This document shows positions 10,559 to 22,347 of a stretch of 32,209 bases of DNA, one piece after another; the stretch's first letter is position 1, and every line of letters starts with the position of its first letter. The DNA comes from Callorhinchus milii (Eukaryota). The translations under genes and the position numbers were made by a program. Location of the stretch: NCBI RefSeq assembly GCF_018977255.1, contig NW_024705602.1, positions 1-32,209 on the forward strand, given 5' to 3'. The notes below the pieces were generated by a model, which did no database searches, had not been told where the DNA came from, and saw only the letters and a list, made by a program, of their open reading frames with translations.

Positions 10559-10955
10559 AGGGGCGGGTTTGGGGGCGGGGCTGGGTTTGTGGGCGGGTCT
10601 GGGGTTGGGGGCGGGGTTGGGGGCGGGGCTGGGGTTGGGTCTGTAGCTGGTTTTGGCGGCGGGGCTGTATTTGGGGGCGGGGCTGGGGTTGGGGGCGGGG
10701 CTGGTTTTGGGGTGGAGCTGGGGTTTGGGGGCGGAGCTGGGGTTTGGGGGCGGAGCTGTGTTTGGGGGCTGGGTAGAGGTTGGGGGCGGGGTTGAGGTTT
10801 GGGGGCGGAGCTGGTTTTGGGGGCGGAGCTGGTTTGGGGTCGGAGCTGGTTTTGGAGGCGGGGCTGTGTTTGGGGGCGGGGCTGTTTTTGGGGGCGGGAG
10901 TGTATTTGGGGGCGGGGGTGGGGTTGGGGGCGGGGCTCCATTTGGGGGCGTGGGT
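10559..10955 (+). repeat. G-rich 18-bp minisatellite (~GGGGGCGGGGCTGGTTTT), ~22 copies
   Basis: Regular GGGGCGG(G/A)G cores separated by T-rich spacers. Confidence 0.9.
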
Positions 10956-11110
10956 AAGGCAATATTATTTTTATTACATTATATTTGGGATTATATTTGG
11001 GAATGAGGCTTTTAAAGGGGAGGGGAGTTTCCGGGTTTAATACCCTTATTATAATAATAATAATTATTATTACTATTCTTCTTTTCAAACCAACTCATGA
11101 TCACATCACA

Positions 11111-11444
11111 GTGGAGTCCTGTAGCTCAGTGGTTAGAGCACTCGCTTTGCAAGTGAGAGACCTGAGTTCAATTCCAGGCAGAGGGCGAAACCTTGGGCAA
11201 GTTTCCTTACTCCACACAGAGCCTAATAATAATCCTCCAAAACCAACAACAATAATAAATTGGTCATTTTCAATCTACGACTGTTCGTGGGACATTGCTG
11301 TGCGCAATTGGCTGCCGCGTTCGCCCACAAAATATATAGTCAATTCACTTTACAGTGTGTTCTGTGAAGCGCTTTGGGACGTCCTCCCGATGTGAAAAGC
11401 GCTATATCAAATGCAAGGATTATTATTATTATATTATTATTATT
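11111..11444 (+). mobile_element. Full-length tRNA(Ala-like)-derived SINE with DeuSINE-like 3' region and L2-type tail
   Basis: A box TAGCTCAGTGG, anticodon arm CTCGC-TTTGCAA-GTGAG (TGC), B box GAGTTCAATTCC; 3' GCTGTGCGCAATTGGCTGCCGCGTT...GAAGCGCTTTGGGACGTCC...GCGCTATATCAAATGCAAG(ATT)n; four near-identical copies in the window. Confidence 0.92.
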
Positions 11445-11549
11445 CTGTCTCAACACGTTTCACAGGATAGTATAGTGACAGTGACTGTGTTTTTACAGAA
11501 TTCACTGTAAAGCGGCGGTGAAAAGGGTCCTTTAGCTCAGGGCTTAGAC

Positions 11550-11768
11550 TCACAGAAACACACACAGGGACAGACATACACACGCGCACACACACACAAA
11601 CAGAAATACACAGACACACACATACACAAATACACACACATAGACCCTCACAAACAAGCTCACACGCACACAGACACATATAGACGGAGACATAAACGCA
11701 CGTACACGCACACAGACGGAGACACAGACAGTCAGACACACACACAGAGATACACAAACACACACAGC
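11550..11768 (+). repeat. Degenerate (CA/CAGA)n microsatellite
   Basis: Composition. Confidence 0.8.
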
Positions 11769-11899
11769 TCGGGATCGCAGTGTCCACCCGAATGACCATC
11801 ACACAGGACTGGCTTCATTTCCACAATAGTTGCCGAGCGGCAGATCAGCACCAGGGAGACTCTGGTCACCTCCCCTCAAGGAGAGGAAGGGATTTGACT

Positions 11900-11990
11900 A
11901 AACAAGCGCTTTGAGGCGTCTGCAGGACGTGAACAGCGCAATATCCAATGCCAGGATTATTATTATTATTATTGTAATTATTATTATTAC
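11900..11990 (+). mobile_element. SINE/L2-type 3' tail fragment
   Basis: AAGCGCTTTGAGGCGTCTGCAGGACGTGAACAGCGCAATATCCAATGCCAGGATTATTATT is a diverged match to the SINE tail. Confidence 0.7.
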
Positions 11991-12134
11991 TGAGAACATC
12001 TTCTTCGCCTTCCAGCATTATTGTTGTCGCTTGGCATGACTGGTTCCCAAATTTCTTATGTATCTCTGTCTATGCGTGTTTCAATGGGACAACAACTGGA
12101 ATGGAGGGCGCTGTACAAATGTCTTGTTTTTGGG

Positions 12135-12328
12135 AGCGACTGTGTTTGTGTCTGTTCGTGTGTGAGTGTTCTGTGAGTGTCTGTGTGTTTGTCTCTGTTT
12201 GCATATGCACCTGTGTGTTTCATTCCCACTTTACATATCTGAGTGTGTTTGTGAATGTTTATCTGTCTGTGGTTGTCATTCTGTGCTGTTGTGTGTATGA
12301 GTCGGTGTTTGTGTGTGTGTTTGTGGCT
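12135..12328 (+). repeat. Degenerate (TG)n microsatellite
   Basis: Composition. Confidence 0.75.
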
Positions 12329-13200
12329 AAGTCTGTATATATGTAATTGTTTGACAATATTCTGCACAATAACATGTATCAAAAATAGAAGTGAGATTCT
12401 CCTGGTGTCCTGGCTGACAGCACCATCAATAAAAATTGGACGCTCACTTCACTGCAATTTGACAGCCACAATCACCTGCACAAAACGTTGTCTCGATACT
12501 TTCCAAAAGCGATGTCCAAATGGCGGCACGCGGGCCGCATGTGTCCCTGCAGTGAACTGTTTTGGCGAGATACCATTTCCAGACTTCTACCATCCCCTCC
12601 CTGCCTATTGAACGTCCTCGTGTGGCAGCTGGAGGACCCGGCGGTTGGGAGGCCTCAGTGTGGAGAGTGGAATAATACCGGCCATTGCTGCAGTGCGTCA
12701 GGAAGGCGAGCATTTGTCTAATCAATCACATCGTTAGCCACCGCCAACTCCTCCAGATGCTGATAGTGATTGCCGCGCGTTTGATAACAGCAATACCTAA
12801 CTCCAGCATTGCTGGGGTCAACATACTTACAGACTCGAATTGAACTGCCAATCTTTAGAATAACAAGAGAATGCAATATGACATAGTTGCGGTTTTCAAA
12901 TTATATGGTTTGTTTATTGTCTGATAAGGTAACTCAGCAAATAACGAAAGACAGAAAGGAAACTGTGTACAATTTAGCTGCTAATACAAGTATTCTGCAG
13001 GACAAAATTCCAGCGTTTATTTGCCACATAATTTGCAAAATCCCGAAGCCTCTGTCATTCACTAAAAAATACCAACGTGAAGAGAACACTTGATTTTCTT
13101 CCTTTCAACGTTACCCAAAGAACGATACATGATTGAATTCTTATATTTTAGAACCCACCTCGACCTTCTCCTCACCCAATAACCCAACTTAAACGACACT
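12329..13200 (+). repeat. ~870-bp element, left arm of an inverted repeat pair with 28680-29560
   Basis: Colinear reverse-complement match over its whole length, roughly 80-85% by eye, including an identical 44-nt block (12809-12852 vs 29032-29075). Confidence 0.9.
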
Positions 13201-14224
13201 CTGTCATGGTGTCACTTAACAGCGTCATCGGATATAAAGCACACGCCACCCAAACTTCCCTGCGAAAGGAACTCAAACATTTAACTGTAAAACCAAGATA
13301 AACAACCCAATTCAACAGCAGAATTACTGCTATGAGACATCTCGAAGATGTGATAAGTCGCTGCATCAAATCCAAGGATTATTACTATTATTCTAACAAA
13401 TCACATTGACACAGGAATTCACTTGATATTAAGATATATTAAACTGCATTATTTAATAGATGTTAGAATTATTTGATTGATGATAATTATTGATTTATAT
13501 GGGTTGTTTGTACAACAACCACAACAACAATTAGACGTGTATAGCGCCTTTCACTTCCCGAGGACAATATAAGATCGGGTTCGGCCTTTGTTAAATTCTG
13601 GGAGCATGGAGGACGCTATAAAAATATACGCAGCTGTTATTGTGTACGGATAATAGTAGCAATAAAAAATCATAAAACTACTATTAAGAAGAATCACAGC
13701 TTGCACTATATAGTGCCTTCCTACTCCGTCACAAAGCTTAACATTGGCGAAGGAATATTAACAATAATAACAATAATTGTGGGGGAGTCTCCTGTTAGCA
13801 CTGGTTATCAGTGACACAGTGTGCGTGTCTCTCCCTTCTGTCAGTCACTGGATACCATGGAGAGATCGTGTGTCTCTCTCTTTCATTTCAGTCAATAGTG
13901 ACCATGGAGAAGGTGGGATTGTCACTGTCGGAAATTGTGCGAGAGAGTGAGAAAGCGTAAATGACGGAACAGGGGGTGGGGAGACTGAGAGGAGGAGTGT
14001 GCTTGAGGAGCTGAGGCCGAATCTATCCCGGCCCCCGATAGAGAGAGAGGTGTGGGTTGGGGAGGGTGTGGGGGTGGAGGTTGTTGGGGGAGATAGTGAC
14101 GGAGAGAAACGGTGTGGGTAAGAAAGACGGGGCTGAATGTCCTCGCAGTAGAAGATGCTTCTCAATCACCTTCAGTGGCTCAGCGACATCTCGTGTCTGT
14201 ATCTGCTCACAACTGTAGCTCACT

Positions 14225-14580
14225 GTCTGTGACTGTCCGTGTGTGTGCGCCAATGTGTGTGTGCCTGCATGTTTATGGATGTTTGTTCCTGTCTGTGTGT
14301 TTGTCTGTGTATGCGTGCGAATCTGTCTGTTAGTGTGTCTGTGTATTTTTATATATGTGCGTGTGTGTTTATGTGTACTGTGTGTGTGTGTGTGTGTGTG
14401 TGTCTGCGTAGGTTTTTTGTCTCTCGGTGTCTGTGTATCTGTGCGTTTATGTTTGTGTATCGCTCTGTGTTTGTCTGTGTGTGTGTCTGTGTGCCAATGC
14501 CTTCGTTTGTGTATTTGTTTCTGTGTCTGTCTCTGTGTTTCTGATTGTGTGTCCGATTGTGTGTCTGTATGTGTATGGGT
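14225..14580 (+). repeat. Degenerate (TG/TCTG)n microsatellite
   Basis: Composition, with a pure (TG)n core at about 14379-14403. Confidence 0.85.
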
Positions 14581-14761
14581 TTGAGGGTGCCCCTGTGCGT
14601 CATTCAACGCAGATCAGGACTTCACTGTCAGGGTAAAATCATAAAACAAGCAAACACCCCGGCAGAGCTAAGACATGACGTAAATATACTTTTGTCCCCC
14701 TGACAAAAATAGCTATCATTTGTAAAGCGCCTTTCTCCCTGAACGTCCCGACCTGCTGTTT

Positions 14762-14878
14762 ATAATAATGATAATAATAATAATAATCATTCCATTTGTA
14801 CAGTGCCTCATCACCTGTTTGAGATATCTCAAAGCGCATCAAAGCATATACTGTAAAGTGGAGTGATTGTCGTCGTGG
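14762..14878 (-). mobile_element. Old SINE/L2-type 3' tail fragment
   Basis: (AAT)n followed by the reverse complement of a diverged tail (CTCAAAGCGC...ACTGTAAAGTG). Confidence 0.6.
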
Positions 14879-15049
14879 GTGTGTGTGTCTGTGTAATGTC
14901 TGACCGTAATATTATCATTTTGAGAAACAACTGAAGGGCTTATTAGCCCTGGAAAAGCAATGCCAATGGACTAACGGGCGATTTGCGCATGAAAGCTGGT
15001 GAATGCAGAGAGGGGGGAAGTCAGATTTCAGGAAGACATGGGAGGGCAG

Positions 15050-15670
15050 CAGATTGACAGCCGGGATGACCAATAGGCAGCTGGAGCGTGTTGGAAAGAA
15101 CCAATAGGCAGCGAGTGGGCGTGGAGAGAGTGCCGGTGTGAGAAAGGGGCAGGAATCAGGGCAGCTGTTTGACGTGGAGACGGACCTATCAGAGCACGCA
15201 GTGTAATTGCAAACTCAGCTCACCAATGAAAAGCTCTGATTGATAGGGCGGTTATTTAAATGGACCAATGGAAAGCGAGTGGGCGGGAAAGGTTTTGCGA
15301 TTGGAGAGAACGTGAGGCGGGATGGAGCGGAGATGACTGACTTCGACTTGGACCTATCAGAGCGTGACTAATGATTAACGTGCAGGCAGCCCATTGGGAA
15401 GCTCTGGTTGAGGAGTGGGTTGTTTGATTGGGCCAATGGGCACTGAGAGGGCGGTGACATGTTTGCTTTTGACAGAGAGCGGAAGAGTGGGGAGGAGTAG
15501 GTGTGATTGACGTAGATTCCAACCTATTAGAGCGCGTTATCTGCTTGACAACCAAACAAAGCAAAGCGAAGCTCAGGTGCAGAAAGCGTTCGCCAGCAAT
15601 GGACCAATGGGGAGCGAGTGGGCGGGGAAAAAGTGACGGTTGGAGGAGGAGAAGTTCAAATATGGCGGAG
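15050..15670 (+). promoter_or_regulatory. CpG-containing Pol II promoter with multiple NF-Y CCAAT boxes, GC boxes and a YY1-type motif
   Basis: CCAAT at 15070, 15101, 15223, 15265, 15433 and 15604, plus reverse ATTGG sites; GGGCGG boxes follow several of them; AAATATGGCGG at 15658-15668. Confidence 0.8.
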
Positions 15671-15730
15671 GTCCTCCCGGAGGGAGAGCGACCGCGAGCT
15701 GCTGGACATCTGGGACCGACAGAGGCTCAG
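15662..15730 (+). CDS. Putative first coding exon of an unidentified gene (MAEVLPEGERPRAAGHLGPTEAQ)
   Basis: ATG in strong Kozak context (AATATGG) directly after the promoter; ends at a CAG|GTCAGC donor in phase 0, followed by intronic-type repeats; downstream exons not identified. Confidence 0.45.
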
Positions 15731-15737
15731 GTCAGCA

Positions 15738-16450
15738 GGAGAGAGAGAATGAGAGAGAGAGTGTGAGAGAGAAAGTGTGTGACAGAGAGACATTCACAGT
15801 GAGATAGAGAGACAGAGATGTGAGAGAGGGAAAAAGGGATCGCGTGTGAGAGAGAAACACAGTGTCAGAGGGCGGAGAGAGTGTGAGTGCAAGTGAGCGC
15901 GAGATAAAGCGTGTCTGTGAGTGAATGACAATGACTGAGTGTGAGTGAGAATGAGTGAGTGTGAGGGTGAGAGAGTGCGTGAGTGAGTGTGTGAGAGATT
16001 GAGTGAGTGAATGTATGAGAAAGTGAACAGGTGAGTGGGTGTGCGAGTGAGTGAGTGAGAATGAATGAAGTGGTGTGAGTGCGAATGAGTGAGCGTGAAA
16101 GAGTATGAGTTAAGTCGGTGAGAATGAGTGAGTGTGAACGCGTGAGAGAGTGAATGAGTTTAGGTGTCAGTGGGTGAGTGAGTGAAAATAAGTGGGTGAG
16201 TGAGTGAGTGTGTGAGTGATTGGGCGAGTGAGACGAGTGTGTGTGAATGACCCTGTGAGTGGGTGAATGATTGTGTGAGTGTGTGAATGGGTGAATCAGG
16301 GAGTGTGGGAGTGAATGAGTGTGTGTGTAAGTGTGGGAGTATGTGAGTTTTTGAGTGAATGTGGGGGAGTGTGTAAGTGAGTGGGTTAGTGAGCGATCGT
16401 GTGAGTTAATGTGTGAGTTTGGGCGAGTGTGAGTGTGTGAGTGAGTGAGC
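15738..16450 (+). repeat. (GA)n grading into degenerate (GAGT)n array
   Basis: Composition. Confidence 0.85.
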
Positions 16451-16451
16451 G

Positions 16452-19400
16452 ATACCACTCACCCCATTAATACCCGATATATATCATTAATGTGCCAAAC
16501 ATCCCATTAACATCACACACCCCATAAACACCAGATACAACACTAACACCATGCTCACCATTAATACCACACACCCCATTGACACCCTATTTATTCGTGA
16601 TACACCGTGTTGATACCCCGCAACTCCCAATAACAACGTACACAACATTAATACTTCAAATCCCATTAATGTCACGTACCACATTAATACATTAAAACAG
16701 CGCACTAAAACCCCATACAGCCCTTTAGTACTTCCACACATTAATACACCAAAAACACTTTAAAAGCACAAATTCCATTAATACGACATTAATATCACAC
16801 ACCCAATTAATACCTCAAACGAATTGGTACCAGGTACCCCAATAGTAACACACACTCCATTGATAGCTAACGTTCCACGAATACCCCACACTGCAATAAC
16901 CCCAGAATCCATTATTTTGAAGTGTTCTGTGACACTGTCAGGCGTGGAGGGAGCTATATAAATCCAAGTTGTTGTTGGAGTCATACCCACACAGCACTAT
17001 TACGCGTACCCCATAAATAGCCCACAGTCCATTGCTGTCTAATACCCAATTAATACTCCGCAACCCATTAATAAACCATAACCCATTAATAGCACTTAAA
17101 ACACATTAGTTCCCCTCATACCATTAAAACCATGCAGCCCATTGATCGCCAACACCCCATTAATACCTCACACCCAATTAAAACCGTACACATTATTAAT
17201 ACCTCATACTCCATAATCCGTGACACCACAATAGTAACCCACACCCCATTAATGAAACACACACGATTAATACCAAACAACACATTCATAACCCACAGGC
17301 TATCAGTAACCCGCACCACAATAACTCCCCTCAAATCATTTTAATATCCCACGCCCTGTTAATGCATGACACCACATTAATGCTCCACAACCCCAATGAT
17401 ATCAAACACCACATTAATAACCCACGCCTCATTAATACCCCACAACCCATTAATATATCATTTCATTAGTAGCCCGCGCACACACCAATAATTCTCCACA
17501 CAACCGATTAATACCACTCATACCCCTTTAATATCCTAAAAACATTAATACTATACACTCCGTTAATATCACATACCACGTTAATATCACACACCCCAAT
17601 AATACGTCACAACGATTGATGCCAGACACACTATTAATACCTCAAAAGCCATTAGTACCACACAATCATTTAATAACTCACATTCCATTAATATCCCACA
17701 TCCCATGCATACATCACAATATATTGCTATATATTAAGATATTAATATTAATACCAGCACTGCACTAAGATCCCAAACCACATTAGTCCCATCTCTCGAT
17801 TAGTATCCCACAACCCATTGCTATATAACACCCTATTAATGTCCCGCAGCCCAATAATAAAACAAACTACATTAATGCAACACAAAGCACAGTAGTACCG
17901 CACATACGAACGGTCCTCAAACTCTATTAGAATACCGCAGCTCACACATATCAAACAAACCCATTAATACCCCACACCTCGTTACTAACCCACAAACCAA
18001 TAGTACATCATACAATTCATTAGTACTCCGCACTCACCAGTGATTCTCCACACAATTATTTAATGCCACCCACAACACTTTAATACCCACAAACCAATAG
18101 TAGCCTACAAACTGCCTAAAAACTCATTAATATCATACACTTCATTAATACGAACCACAAAATGAATACCACGCACCCTATTAGTACCTCACACCACATT
18201 TATACAACACACCCCATTAATAACTCACATTCCATTAATATCACACACCCCATGTATACATCACAACCTATTGCTACCAACAACCTATTAATATCCCATA
18301 ACCCATCAATAAACCACACCCCATTAATATCCTACAAGCCACATTAGTACCCCAACCCCATCTTTGCCAGTCATCCCAATTATGCCCCAAGCCCCATTAG
18401 TATCCCACACCAAATTAAATGCCCACAAACCATTAACATCTCACACTCCATTATTACCCAACAGCACAATAAAACCCCACACACCATTAATACCACACAG
18501 ACCATTAATACTAAACAACACATTAATAACCCACACCGCATTGACACTCCACACCATATTATTAACCCGCAACCCAAAAATAACACATTAATATCGATTA
18601 ATACCCCACAAAACCCGATTAATATCCCACACCTCATTAACAACTAACATCCCCATTGGTATTTTACACCCCATTGATAACGCACAAGCCTTTAACACGT
18701 CATACACCCCATTATTAACCTCCACACCCACCAGTAATACCGCACACAACAAATTAATAATTGACACACCCATTATTACCACACATTCCATTAATAAAAC
18801 ACACTGCATTTATACCCCGTACACCCCATTAATACCGCACACCACATTAACGCCTCATACATTATTGATACCACACACCCAACTAATATCCCATACCCCC
18901 CATTAGTACCCCACATATACCATTTATATCCAACATACCCTATAAAAACAATCCATTATTACCACCCCCCTCATTATTGCCACATACAACATTACGACCG
19001 CAAGCCCATTAATAACACACATTGACATCACACACCCACAAATTTGCCACAACCCCATTAACAGACCTCACCCAATTGACACCTCATACCCCATTGATAT
19101 CCAACACCCCATTAATACGCCATAACCCATTAATAAACCAAAACCCAGTAGTACCTAATCACCATTAATACCAAACGCACCATTAATATTCCATATACCC
19201 CAATAATACCACACACTAGGTTATTATCAGAGACCCCAGTCATACCACGCACCCCAATACCATGCACCCCATTCATACCACAGCAAATTAATACCCCACA
19301 TTCTATAAATACCGCACAACCCATTAATAACCCGTAGCACATTAATACTCCAAACACCATTAACAGCCCATACAACCCATTGATACACCCCCCTTCTCAT

Positions 19401-20885
19401 TAATATCCCACACACATTAGTGTCCCAAACACCCAATTATTACCAAACACACCATTAATATATCATACCATCTTAATACCACAATCCCCATTAACATCAC
19501 ACACCGCATGAACAACACACACCCCATTAATACAACACACAGCGCTTACACACACCACACACAATTAACGTCCCACACTCCACTTATACCACAAACTTGA
19601 TGAGTACCTCATGCACCACAATAATACCCCAAATAACCCAGTGTTACTCCATAACACACAAATACCCCACATAACAAAATCCACTGATACCCCACAGCCA
19701 ATTATTACTCTACACCTCATTAGTACCGCAAACATCATAAATACACCACACCACATTAATACTCCACACCACATTGATACGCCACAACCCATTAATAGCC
19801 CATATTAATAAACCACCCCCACAATATAATAACCCAATCATTTCCTTATTGCAACACACACCATTGATACCACATAGCGTATTAATAACGCACTCCGCAT
19901 GAATATCACACACCACATAAATACTCCACAAACCAAATTAATATCCCACACATTATTAATACCCTACGCCCCATTGGTATCCTGCAACCCATTAATATTC
20001 CACATCTCACTAAAACTGCACAAACCATTAGTACATCTCACACTTCATTATTACACCCCTCGCACACCAATAAAACCCCACACAACCGATTAATAACTGA
20101 CACCCCATTAGTACCACACACCCCATTAATACAACGCACCCCATAAATAACCACCGCACCACCTTAATACTGCAAACCACATTAATACCGCACACAATAT
20201 GGATACCACACACCCCGTTAATACCCCATAACCCAAGTTCCCCATCAATACCCAAACAACCCATTTATGCCAAAGCCATTATTATTTCCACATACAACTT
20301 TATTGTTATAAGACCATTAATACCACAGAGTCCGTTGACACCATACACCACACTAATTCGTCATACACCCCATTAGTACCCCACAAAACTCGTTAATACC
20401 AGGCACACAACAGTAATACTACACAAACCCCATTAAATCTTCGTACCTCCTTTATACCGCACACTCAGTTAACACTCCAAACATCATTAATACCACACAG
20501 CCCATTAATACCAAACAACACATTAATAATTCGCAGCGCATTGATAAGCCACACCACATTATTATTCCACACCCCATTAATAAGCCACACACCTGTAATA
20601 CTCCACGAAACACAAATAATATCCTAGACCTTATTAACACCCCACATCCCCTTTGGTATATAGCATCCCATTAACACTGCACAAGTCTTTAATACATCAT
20701 ATACCACATTATTAACCCCAACACAAATCAATAATGTCCCGCACAAACAAGGTAACTGACACAACCCATTAGTACTGCAACCCCATTGATAGCACAACCC
20801 ATTAATAAACCATAACATATTAAGAACCCACACCCCATTGATACCCAACACACAACTAATACACCACCCCCAATTAACACACACA
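16452..20885 (+). repeat. ~4.4-kb degenerate ~19-20-bp tandem repeat (consensus ~CCCATTAATACCCCACACA)
   Basis: Very many recurrences of cattaata/cattagta separated by C/A-rich spacers; G-depleted on the + strand. Confidence 0.9.
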
Positions 20886-22024
20886 GGCGGGAGCCCAATA
20901 TACGTAACGACTAGGGAACTGTATTCCAAACATACAAGAGAGGGCACGCGGGAGAGATTGTGTTAATGTCTTCAATGTGGAAGAGATTTGCTGCTTCCCA
21001 GCAGACGAAAGTTCAGTGATGCCTTGAAAGATTCTATTACTGTAGGTAAGCCTTCAAGAAGACGGTAATGTTCGCAGCCAACAAGAGAAGCTGCTTTGAG
21101 ATAAACAGGAACTGTACAACTTTGAGGAACAGCATATATATTCACTTGTTCCAAAAGCAACTCATATTTGAGACACAAGTACGGCAGATTGTCCCATTTT
21201 CTCCGGACCATGTGCTGGCGTACCACAATCTCCTGTAGTACCCAACACACGTGGCTGCTGTGCGCATGTGGGGCCAGCTTTCGCACCCTGCTTAAAGGCT
21301 TCGATGTCAACACAGGTTGCCATTACCTCATACCTGTTCTACAGGGTTCAATCCCAAGGCTCCATCACCACTCTCTGAACGGTAACGTTTATGTGCGACC
21401 TCCACCGTTACAACTCACATGAAGACACGAACTTAGAGCAGACCGTTGTGAGCCGTGACCGGAGTGAGTCGACACCAGTGTGAGAAGGAATTGGGTGAGT
21501 GTGGGACTTACTTGTTTTAGTGTCTGTACATGTACTGACTGTTTTATTATCCATATGTATGTGTACTAACTTTAAACTGCTGATAGAATTGATAAATTGG
21601 GTTTGTGGTAAGGCTTAACAGGGAGCAGCAGTGGTCAGTTTTTCATATAAAATTAATCAAATTAACTTAACAATAGCAAATAGCAGTCCGCAGATTTCTA
21701 ATACCAACTAGGTATCAATTGCTGCTAACATCAAGAAAACATAACAAGTTGGGGTAAATAAAGGTGAGAACTGCGAGAGCCTCACTCGAGCTGAGAGCCG
21801 ACAGGTGTGAGCTGCGATTGAGGCGAAACCAGAGTGAGAAGGAATTGGGTGAGAGTGGGAATTAGGTGCAGAATTAGTTGCGAAGTTCTGCTTGTTGCCA
21901 AGGTGTAAAATATATATTGTGTAATTTTTTATGAAAAAACTAATTTTAAAGAAAAAATCCTACAATACAGAGTGTGAGAGAGAGAGAAGGAGAAGAATGG
22001 CCTCGCAGGTGTTGTGCGAGGAAA

Positions 22025-22347
22025 TAATAATACTAATAATAATCCTTGCTTTTGATATAGCGCTTTTCATGTCAGGAGGACATCCCAAAGCGCTTCACAG
22101 AACACACTGTAAAGTGAATTGACTGTATATTTGTGGGCGAAAGCGGCAGCCAATTGCGCACAGCAATGTCCCACAAACAGTCGTAGATTGAAAACGACCA
22201 ATTTATTATTGTTTTTGGTTTCTGGAGGGATTATTATTAGGCGTGTGGAGTAAGGAAACTTGCCCAAGGTTTCGCCCTCTGCCTGGAATTGAACTCAGGT
22301 CTCTCACTTGCAAAGCGAGTGCTCTAACCACTGAGCGACAGGACTAC
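22025..22347 (-). mobile_element. Near full-length tRNA-derived SINE inserted in CR1 ORF1
   Basis: Reverse complement of the 11111 family; flanked by GAAA (22021-22024 and 22348-22351); ORF1 resumes on both sides. Confidence 0.92.

Noticed and set aside
10528..11088. Pro-rich and Gly-rich ORFs
   Set aside because: Translations of the 18-bp G-rich minisatellite
11113..11185. Possible tRNA-Ala(TGC) gene (also at 26257 and 22345)
   Set aside because: The acceptor stem does not pair, and the head is continuous with a repeated SINE body and tail
12823..12830. ATACTTAC resembling the U1 snRNA 5' end
   Set aside because: The following sequence does not match U1; it is simply the reverse complement of a GTAAGTAT donor-like motif
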